The notes beneath the pieces are model-generated. The model made no database searches. It was given only the letters and a program-made list of their open reading frames with translations, and was not told the origin of the DNA. 64,000 nt of DNA from Minisyncoccota bacterium (GTDB lineage: Bacteria > Patescibacteriota > Minisyncoccia > Phycocordibacterales > UBA9973): assembly GCA_041663185.1 (NCBI GenBank), contig JBAZQY010000002.1:74629-138628 (forward strand), written 5' to 3'. Below are positions 1 through 6,818 of this stretch, piece after piece. How positions within the stretch are numbered: position 1 is the stretch's first letter; the number at the start of each line of letters is the position of its first letter. The position numbers and the translations under genes were made by a program.

Positions 1-379
1 TGGTATTGGACTTGGCAGATTAATGGGAACGATTGTCGAATCGCTTTCTGATGACAAGGGAATTATTTGGCCAGAATCAGTTGCCCCATTTAAAGTTCAC
101 TTGCTCCTTTTGGGTGATGATGATAAAACCAAAAAAGAAGCCGATAAACTTTATGAGGAATTATTGTCGAAAAGTATAGAAGTTTTATACGACGATCGCA
201 CTGATGTGAGTGCTGGAGAGAAGTTTGCTGATTCAGATCTGATTGGTATTCCATTCCGAGTTGTTGTATCAAAGCGTAGTCTAGAGGATCATGGTTTTGA
301 AATTAAGAAGCGTACAGAAGAGAAAGGTAAGATTGTTGGGAGTGAGGAGTTATTTAATTTGCTAGAAACTAGTCACTAG
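1..379 (+). CDS. 3' end of a class II aminoacyl-tRNA synthetase, probably prolyl-tRNA synthetase (anticodon-binding / C-terminal domain). The gene starts upstream of the window.
   Basis: The frame is open from base 2 and reads GIGLGRLMGTIVE...IWPESVAPFKVHLL...YDDRTDVSAGEKFADSDLIGIPFRVVVSKRSLEDHGFEIKKR. This is the typical ProRS C-terminal motif pattern (GIG.sR, YDDR, GiP.r..vG). Confidence 0.55.
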   Translation, partial: GIGLGRLMGTIVESLSDDKGIIWPESVAPFKVHLLLLGDDDKTKKEADKLYEELLSKSIEVLYDDRTDVSAGEKFADSDLIGIPFRVVVSKRSLEDHGFEIKKRTEEKGKIVGSEELFNLLETSH

Positions 380-394
380 AACCTAATTTAAAAA

Positions 395-1441
395 ATGTTT
401 AAAAAATTTTACAAAATGTTTTCAAATGATATAGGGATCGATTTAGGGACAGCCAACACGCTGGTTTATTTGAAGGGACACGGAATAGTAATTAATGAGC
501 CATCAGTAGTTGTTGTAAATCAGAAAACAAGACAAATTGTTGCTGTTGGAGCAGAAGCCAAGCAAATGCTTGGTCGAACTCCGGGGCACATCAAAGCAGT
601 TCGGCCGGTTGTTGACGGGGTGATTTCAGATTTTGAAGTTACCGAAGAAATGCTTACTTATCTAATAAATAAAACAGAAAAAATTTCTAAGAAATTTATT
701 CGTCCTCGTGTTGTTGTTGGTGTACCGACGGGGATTACAAATGTGGAGATTAGAGCGGTGGAAGATGCGGCTCATTCGGCTGGGGCTCGCGAAGTTTATA
801 TTGTTGAAGAGCCAATGTCTGCGGCAATCGGAATTCGTTTACCGATTCATGAAGCCGTCGGTTCGATTATTGTCGATATGGGCGGTGGCACGACCGACGT
901 AGCTGTCATATCTTTATCTGGAGTTGTTCGTTCTAAGAATTTAAAAATTGCTGGTGATCTTCTCAACACGAACATAATGAATTACATGAAAGATGAATTT
1001 AAACTTTTAATTGGAGAAAGGACTGCCGAGAATATAAAGATTGCTATTGGAAGTGTGATAGAAGGAGAGCCAATGGAGGCAGAAGTCAGAGGCCGAGATC
1101 TTGTCACAGGATTACCTCGCCAAGTAATAGTGACTGATTCAGATATTCGCGAAGCGATTATGCCCTCTGTTTATAGTTTGGTAGATGGGATTAAAGAAGT
1201 TCTCGAGACTACTCCACCTGAGCTTCTTTCTGATATTATTCACCGAGGGTTAGTTCTTTCAGGGGGAGGGGCTTTACTTCGAGGCCTTGATGTAATGTTG
1301 CAAAATATACTCAAGATACCTATATACGTAGCCGAAGACCCCTTGACTGCGGTTGCTCGGGGGACGGGAATTATTCTTGAAGAATTTGACACCTTTAAGG
1401 ACGTTTTATTAAACACCGATGACACATCAGTTCCGAGATAA
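395..1441 (+). CDS. mreB: Rod shape-determining actin homologue MreB
   Basis: The N-terminus DIGIDLGTANTLVY is followed by actin-fold phosphate and adenosine motifs (VVGVPTGIT, DMGGGTTDVAV, VLSGGGALLRGL). The start could instead be the internal Met at 416. Confidence 0.9.
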   Translation: MFKKFYKMFSNDIGIDLGTANTLVYLKGHGIVINEPSVVVVNQKTRQIVAVGAEAKQMLGRTPGHIKAVRPVVDGVISDFEVTEEMLTYLINKTEKISKKFIRPRVVVGVPTGITNVEIRAVEDAAHSAGAREVYIVEEPMSAAIGIRLPIHEAVGSIIVDMGGGTTDVAVISLSGVVRSKNLKIAGDLLNTNIMNYMKDEFKLLIGERTAENIKIAIGSVIEGEPMEAEVRGRDLVTGLPRQVIVTDSDIREAIMPSVYSLVDGIKEVLETTPPELLSDIIHRGLVLSGGGALLRGLDVMLQNILKIPIYVAEDPLTAVARGTGIILEEFDTFKDVLLNTDDTSVPR

Positions 1442-2216
1442 AAAACAAATAGAAAGAAAGAAGAAAATTATTCGAAACGTAATTGGTTTTGGTGTGTTTT
1501 TTGTTTTGGCAATCACCGGTGTTCTTTCTTGGTCCGGACATATTTTTAATTTTGTTGGTCGTCCAGTCTGGGAAGCGGAAAAATCTACCACATCTTTTTT
1601 TTATAATATAAATTATTTATTCAGAACAAAAGCGTCCATCACCAAGGAGAATCACAATCTAATAGAAGAGAATATGTGGATCAGATTATCAATGGCAGAT
1701 TATCAAGTATTAAAAAACGATTTGGATGAATTAAAAAAAGTAATGGGGCGTATTCCTGATGTAGAGAATTTTATACTCGGGAACATTCTAACTAAACCAA
1801 ATCATTCACCATACGATACTTTGATTATAGATATTGGCGGTAGTAATGATATTAGAGAAGGGAATAGTGTTTATGCGAATGGTAACATTCCAATTGGTAA
1901 TATTAGTAAAGTCTATGACAAAACTTCTTTAGTTTCTCTATATACAAATCCCGGGCAAAAAACGGAAGGATTTATAGATGGGACAAATGCCAGTGTGGAA
2001 TTAACTGGTCGTGGGGGTGGAAATTTTGAGATGATTATCCCAATTGAGTTAATCGTTGAGAAGGGAACGATTGTTTACTTACCAAGTAGTACTTCATTGG
2101 TTATTGCACAAGTAGATGAAGTCATATCAAAACCCTCTGACCCATTTAAAAAAGTTATTCTTAGTTCACCGGTCAATGTCCAAAATCTTAAGTGGGTGCA
2201 AGTAAAAAAAGATTAA
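1419..2216 (+). CDS. mreC: MreC-like rod shape protein. It has an N-terminal TM helix and C-terminal beta domains.
   Basis: It lies immediately downstream of mreB. It has a basic N-terminus with a TM segment, then a G-rich beta region (ELTGRGGGNFEMIIPIELIVEKGTIVYLPSS). The true start may be downstream of 1419, which overlaps mreB. Confidence 0.55.
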   Translation: MTHQFRDKKQIERKKKIIRNVIGFGVFFVLAITGVLSWSGHIFNFVGRPVWEAEKSTTSFFYNINYLFRTKASITKENHNLIEENMWIRLSMADYQVLKNDLDELKKVMGRIPDVENFILGNILTKPNHSPYDTLIIDIGGSNDIREGNSVYANGNIPIGNISKVYDKTSLVSLYTNPGQKTEGFIDGTNASVELTGRGGGNFEMIIPIELIVEKGTIVYLPSSTSLVIAQVDEVISKPSDPFKKVILSSPVNVQNLKWVQVKKD

Positions 2217-2875
2217 TGAAGTCAATTAATTTTATAATAGAAAAAAAAATAGCCGGTGCGCTGGGGCGTGTCGGAAAACTTGAAACTCCACACGGGACGA
2301 TTTTGACTCCTTCTTTTGTGGTTGTTGGAACTAAGGCGACAGTTAAGGCTCTTAGCCCTGAGCAAGTCAAAGATGCTGGGGCACAAGTTGTCCTTGCGAA
2401 TACTTATCATTTGTATTTACAACCTGGCGATGAACTTATTCGCGATGCTGGTGGGCTTCATAAATTTATGAACTGGAATGGTCCAACCATGACTGATTCG
2501 GGCGGCTTTCAAGTTTTTTCACTGGGTGTAGCTTATGGAAAAGAATTATCAAAAGTTGTTTCAATTACAGATCCAAGTTTGCTTATCCCAGAGCGCTCAA
2601 GTATTGAGGACGGAGTTCCACGGCTTGCAACAATTGGGAATGATGGAGTTTCTTTTCGCTCGCACATTGACGGGTCCCTCCATTATATTACTCCCGAGAA
2701 ATCAATTGAAATTCAGCACAATCTCGGAGCGGATATTATTTTTGCTTTTGATGAATGCACAAGTCCAACAGAAAATGAAAGATACCAAGAAGAAGCACTT
2801 TCTCGAACACACGCTTGGGCGAAAAGGAGTTTGGAAAAACATTTGGAGTTAGAGGAAGCGAGGCAGAAAAATTAA
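2216..2875 (+). CDS. tgt: Queuine tRNA-ribosyltransferase (tRNA-guanine transglycosylase), N-terminal two thirds. The frame ends prematurely.
   Basis: RVGKLETPHGTILTPSFVVVGTKATVK...LANTYHLYLQPG...TDSGGFQVFSL...FDECT...THAWAKRS matches the Tgt catalytic core. The reading frame then runs into a stop at 2873-2875. Confidence 0.8.
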   Translation: MKSINFIIEKKIAGALGRVGKLETPHGTILTPSFVVVGTKATVKALSPEQVKDAGAQVVLANTYHLYLQPGDELIRDAGGLHKFMNWNGPTMTDSGGFQVFSLGVAYGKELSKVVSITDPSLLIPERSSIEDGVPRLATIGNDGVSFRSHIDGSLHYITPEKSIEIQHNLGADIIFAFDECTSPTENERYQEEALSRTHAWAKRSLEKHLELEEARQKN

Positions 2876-3387
2876 GAAAAAAATCTGCCGAAGTGATTGG
2901 TGGGATGGATTTTGATGGTTTTGGTATTGGTGGATCTTTTGCAAAGGAGGATATGTCGACGGCAGTAAAATGGGTAAATGAAATTTTGCCAGAAGAAAAA
3001 CCTCGTCACTTACTTGGAATAGGGGAGCCGGAAGATTTATTTATGGGAGTGGAGAATGGTGTAGATCTTTTTGATTGTGTTGGCCCAACTCGAATTGCGC
3101 GAAATGGAACTTTATTTACGAAAAATGGAAAAATAAATATTACTAATGCGAAATTTGTAAATGATTTCAATCCAATTGATGAAGGTTGTAATTGCTATAC
3201 ATGCAGTAATTATACAAAAAGTTATCTCGCTCATCTTTTTAGAGCTAAAGAGATGCTCGGTGCAACATTAGCTTCAATTCATAATGTATATTTCATCAAT
3301 AAATTGGTTAGTGATATGCGCCAAGCAATTCTCGAAGACAAATTTTTTGAATTCAAAAAAGAGTTTCTAGCGGGTTATTTAAAATAG
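2848..3387 (+). CDS. tgt: Queuine tRNA-ribosyltransferase, C-terminal third, in a different frame (shifted by one base). This is a frameshifted gene or possible pseudogene.
   Basis: FGV...DFDGFGIGGS...HLLGIGEPEDL...DLFDCVGPTRIARNG...NPIDEGCNCYTCSNYTKSYLAHL carries the Tgt zinc site (CxCxxC...H). It continues the N-terminal fragment only after a 1-nt shift, within 2836-2850, next to an A5 run (GGAAAAAC). Confidence 0.75.
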   Translation, partial: VRGSEAEKLRKKSAEVIGGMDFDGFGIGGSFAKEDMSTAVKWVNEILPEEKPRHLLGIGEPEDLFMGVENGVDLFDCVGPTRIARNGTLFTKNGKINITNAKFVNDFNPIDEGCNCYTCSNYTKSYLAHLFRAKEMLGATLASIHNVYFINKLVSDMRQAILEDKFFEFKKEFLAGYLK

Positions 3388-3399
3388 ATATATTTTAAT

Positions 3400-3430
3400 T
3401 TGTCACAAAAGACAAAATGGTAGTATAATA
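3400..3430 (+). promoter_or_regulatory. Candidate sigma70-like promoter. TTGTCA-18 nt-TATAAT ends 9 nt before the uvrB ATG, implying a near-leaderless mRNA.
   Basis: ttgtca (3400-3405) and tataat (3424-3429) with the ATG at 3439. There is no Shine-Dalgarno sequence. Confidence 0.4.
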
Positions 3431-3438
3431 GTTTTTCT

Positions 3439-5634
3439 ATGTCCAATAACATATTCAAGCTTAAAAGTAATTTTTCTCCAGCCGGTGATCAGCCGAAGGC
3501 AGTTTCCGAGTTGCTAAATGGTCTTAAAAAGGGAATGAATAAACAGACATTACTTGGTGCTACGGGGACAGGGAAGACTTTTACTATTGCCAATGTAATT
3601 GAAAAATGGAATAAACCAACTTTAGTGATTGCTCACAACAAGACGCTAGCAGCACAGCTTGCTCAGGAATTTCGAGAGTTTTTCCCTGACTCGGCTGTTC
3701 ATTACTTTGTCTCGTATTATGATTATTATCAACCTGAGGCCTACATGCCAGTGACTGATACTTATATTGAAAAGGACGCTCAAATAAATAAAGAAATTGA
3801 CCGACTTCGTCACGCTACCACCCAATCGTTACTTACACGACGCGATGTGATTATTGTGGCTTCGGTGTCGTGTATTTACGGTCTGGGTAGTCCAGAAGAA
3901 TATGAAAAAGTAAATCTGAAACTAAATGTTGGAATGAAAATTGGTAGGACAGAATTAATGAAGCAATTAATCGGAATTCATTTTGAGAGAACCAATGCCG
4001 ATATAACACCAGGAACTTTTCGTTCAATTGGAGCGAAGGTAGAAGTTATGCCGATCTCGGAAACTTTTATTTATCAAATCGAATTTGAAGGAGGAGCAAT
4101 TTCAAGAATTGCGAAAGTTGATCCAGTTTCTTCACACATAATTAAAGAAGAAAAAAACATTTTTCTATTTCCCGCCAAGCATTTTATTACAAATTCTGAG
4201 CAATTAAAGATAGCGGTAAAAAATATTAAAGATGAACTTAATTTTCAGCTTAAAAAATTTGAGAAAGAAGGGAAACTTCTCGAAGCTGAAAGAATAAAAA
4301 GAAGAACGAATTATGACTTAGCGATGATCAGAGAAATTGGATATTGCAATGGAATAGAAAATTATTCAAGACAGATGTCCGGGAAAAAAGAAGGGGAAGC
4401 TCCAGAAACCTTACTTGCGTATTTTAAGGGTGATTTTCTGACAATTATAGATGAATCTCACGTGACCCTCCCTCAAATTGGTGGAATGTATGCGGGGGAT
4501 GCTTCGCGGAAAAATACGCTTGTGGAATTTGGTTTTCGACTGCCGTCAGCAAAAGATAATCGACCGTTAAAGATTAATGAGTTTGAAGAAAGAACTGGAC
4601 AAACTATTTATGTCTCTGCAACTCCAAGTGAAAAAGAAAAATCAATGAGTGCCCAAATCGTCGAGCAGATAATTCGCCCAACCGGACTTATTGACCCAGA
4701 AGTTATTGTCAGACCCGTTAGTGCGTTTACAAGAGAATCTTCTGAAAAAAATCGCTTATCCCTCTCCGCTCCTTCGGAGCTCCGGCGCGCCCACACCTAC
4801 GATTTTTTGTCAGAAGATTCTCTCTCCAACGCCTACCCTGGCCAAATTCAAGATTTTATTATTGAAGCGGAAAAAACAATCAAAAAAGGTTTTCGAGTTA
4901 TTGCCACAACTTTGACCAAGAAAATGGCCGAAGATTTATCTGTTTATTTAAAAGAGAAGGGAATAAAAGCAGAGTATTTACATAGTGAAATTAAAACTAT
5001 CGAGCGCATTCAAATTCTTACCCAATTTAGAAAAGGAGAAATCGATATTCTAGTCGGAGTGAATTTGCTTCGTGAGGGTTTGGATTTGCCAGAACTCGCA
5101 CTCATTGGTATTTTAGATGCCGATAAGGCTGGATTTTTACGCTCTGAAACATCTCTTATCCAGACTATCGGACGAGCGGCAAGAAATGTGGAGGGGAAAG
5201 TTATTTTGTATGCTGATGTAATGAATGATGCACTTGAAAACGCAATCGGGGAAACAAATCGTCGTCGTAATATCCAGATAGCTCATAATAAAAAACACAA
5301 CATTACTCCAAAAACAATTATAAAAAGAATTAAAGATATTACTGAAGAGCTAGAAGACAAACATGAAAAGGCGGTGAATTTAGAGCTTGGTTTAGACGTA
5401 GAGATATTCAAAAAAGCTTTTGAAAAAAATAAAAGTAATCGCGGAAAGGGGGAGCGGGAGTCAGTTAAGAATTTACTACTTTCAGATGAAGATAGGAATA
5501 AGGTTGTCTATGAGAAAATAATTAAAATGAAAGAGAGGGAAATGAATAAAGCCGTCCGAGAACTGGACTTCGAAACAGCGGCAATTTTGCGTGATGAGAT
5601 AATAGTGCTAAAAGAGAAAATGGAGGTTAAGTAG
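3439..5634 (+). CDS. uvrB: Excinuclease ABC subunit B (UvrB). It carries an in-frame subfamily-A repeat-element insertion at 4732-4823.
   Basis: GDQPKAV, GATGTGKTF, YFVSYYDYYQPEAY, the helicase motifs, the beta-hairpin and a C-terminal UVR domain (ELDFETAAILRDEI) are all present. It is about 70 aa longer than usual because of the insertion between RPV and the TTLTKKMAEDL block. Confidence 0.95.
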   Translation: MSNNIFKLKSNFSPAGDQPKAVSELLNGLKKGMNKQTLLGATGTGKTFTIANVIEKWNKPTLVIAHNKTLAAQLAQEFREFFPDSAVHYFVSYYDYYQPEAYMPVTDTYIEKDAQINKEIDRLRHATTQSLLTRRDVIIVASVSCIYGLGSPEEYEKVNLKLNVGMKIGRTELMKQLIGIHFERTNADITPGTFRSIGAKVEVMPISETFIYQIEFEGGAISRIAKVDPVSSHIIKEEKNIFLFPAKHFITNSEQLKIAVKNIKDELNFQLKKFEKEGKLLEAERIKRRTNYDLAMIREIGYCNGIENYSRQMSGKKEGEAPETLLAYFKGDFLTIIDESHVTLPQIGGMYAGDASRKNTLVEFGFRLPSAKDNRPLKINEFEERTGQTIYVSATPSEKEKSMSAQIVEQIIRPTGLIDPEVIVRPVSAFTRESSEKNRLSLSAPSELRRAHTYDFLSEDSLSNAYPGQIQDFIIEAEKTIKKGFRVIATTLTKKMAEDLSVYLKEKGIKAEYLHSEIKTIERIQILTQFRKGEIDILVGVNLLREGLDLPELALIGILDADKAGFLRSETSLIQTIGRAARNVEGKVILYADVMNDALENAIGETNRRRNIQIAHNKKHNITPKTIIKRIKDITEELEDKHEKAVNLELGLDVEIFKKAFEKNKSNRGKGERESVKNLLLSDEDRNKVVYEKIIKMKEREMNKAVRELDFETAAILRDEIIVLKEKMEVK
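4732..4823 (+). repeat. Structured palindromic repeat element, subfamily A, copy A1. It is in-frame inside uvrB and is translated as ...SSEKNRLSLSAPSELRRAHTYDFLSEDSL...
   Basis: The core cgcttatccctctccgctccttcggagctccggcgcgcccacacctac (4753-4800) is about 70% GC in a genome of about 33% GC. It is flanked by a copy-specific inverted repeat, agagaatcttctgaaaaaaatcg versus cgattttttgtcagaagattctct. The inner hairpin is gctcc-ttcg-ggagc. Confidence 0.8.
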
Positions 5635-5654
5635 AAAGGTGATATACTTAAAGG

Positions 5655-6476
5655 ATGAAAAAGAACTTAATTTTAGTTATATTTTTAATAATAATTTTAA
5701 TAATTATTGGATTTATTTTTAAAAATTCGAATACCAAGAAGGGTACTTCTGAGACAGAAAAACCGTTAATCTTAAACGAGGGGTTAATTGTAGCCGATTC
5801 ATACGAGACGAAAACCATGAATCTTGACGATCCATATTCAACATTTGATGTAAAGTATCCGTATTTTAAAAATGCTGATGTTAGTTTCAATGCTAATGTA
5901 GAGACATTTGTAAAAAATAAAATGGATGAGCATGTAAAAAATAGTGCGGATAGTTGGCAGGCTCGATATAACACACAAGTGAGGGGTGATAATATTCCAA
6001 AAGTTCCCGCAACCACAGATGATAAATTTTCTTTCATTTCCGATTTCACTATTATTCAAAGTAATTCATCATATATAAGCTTCGTTTTAAACTATGGGGG
6101 CTTTAGTGGAGGAGCTCACGGATATGAAAATAAAGTTTCTTTTAGTTATGATGTGAAAAATAAAAAAGTAATTGAACTGGAAGATTTGTTTACTAATAAT
6201 CCCGATTATTTAACTTATCTCTCCGAGCAATCGCGTGAAATTCTCAAAAAAGAATTTGCAACAGTCAGTGAGGAGGACAGAAAAAATTCAGACCCCGAAG
6301 CGATTAAAGAATATGTTGATAACATAGTTTCGATGATCCAAGAAGGAACTGAACCGAAAGCAGAAAACTTTAGTGTTTTCACTTTCACGCCAGAAAAAAT
6401 AAAAATCTATTTTGCCCAATACCAAGTCGGGCCGTATGTTATCGGAATGCCAACAGTAGAAGTGGATAGGGAATAA
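5655..6476 (+). CDS. Secreted or membrane-anchored protein. It is probably a DUF4163/DUF3298-type (RsiV-like) envelope protein.
   Basis: It has a signal/TM N-terminus. YPYF...NANVE and GGFSGGAHGYEN match the DUF4163/DUF3298 pattern. This is recalled from memory and is low certainty. Confidence 0.4.
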   Translation: MKKNLILVIFLIIILIIIGFIFKNSNTKKGTSETEKPLILNEGLIVADSYETKTMNLDDPYSTFDVKYPYFKNADVSFNANVETFVKNKMDEHVKNSADSWQARYNTQVRGDNIPKVPATTDDKFSFISDFTIIQSNSSYISFVLNYGGFSGGAHGYENKVSFSYDVKNKKVIELEDLFTNNPDYLTYLSEQSREILKKEFATVSEEDRKNSDPEAIKEYVDNIVSMIQEGTEPKAENFSVFTFTPEKIKIYFAQYQVGPYVIGMPTVEVDRE

Positions 6477-6483
6477 AAAAAGC

Positions 6484-6502
6484 GGGGGTAAAAAATACCC
6501 CC
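6484..6502. terminator. GC hairpin (gggggtaaaaaataccccc). The T-run is on the minus strand, so it is oriented as a minus-strand intrinsic terminator.
   Basis: An inverted repeat of 6 or more bp of G/C is preceded on the plus strand by an A7 run. Confidence 0.4.
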
Positions 6503-6654
6503 ACTCAATGCTTACCAGACAGTATTCTGTGTTTGACCCATCTCTTCACGTCTGAAAAAATGAACGAATTAATGTTTTTCAACAAACCTTCCGCCCGGTT
6601 CTATCAAACCAGTATCTGAGCTATATAAATGTAGATTACTAATTTATTATATTT

Positions 6655-6682
6655 TTGTCAAATATAATATTTATGCTACAAT
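6655..6682 (+). promoter_or_regulatory. Candidate promoter for uvrA (TTGTCA-16 nt-TACAAT) with a leader of about 130 nt.
   Basis: ttgtca at 6655-6660 and tacaat at 6677-6682. An AT-rich extended -10 lies upstream. Confidence 0.3.
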
Positions 6683-6818
6683 TGGACTAGTTAAATATTG
6701 GTGTACCCCCTCATAGAACAAATGTGGGGCTTATAGCGTTATATAAAAAGACTTGTCCCGTTAGAAATTTACGAGCTCAAGTTATAAGATAAATTTAATA
6801 ATTAAAATTTCTAATGGG

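Noticed and set aside
4732-4823. Idea that the long-stem elements are excised from mRNA (RNase III / intron-like) rather than translated.
   Set aside because: RNase III cleavage would sever the mRNA without religation. No bulge-helix-bulge or group I/II intron features are present. Every genic copy preserves the reading frame with no stops, which is better explained by translation as peptide insertions (RPE-like).
6480-6680. Possible SRP (4.5S) RNA on the minus strand, ending in the 6484-6502 terminator hairpin.
   Set aside because: A GGAAGG stretch is present. The helix-8 GGAA tetraloop context and the 5'/3' pairing expected of SRP RNA could not be reconstructed by eye. It is left as an unassigned intergenic region.
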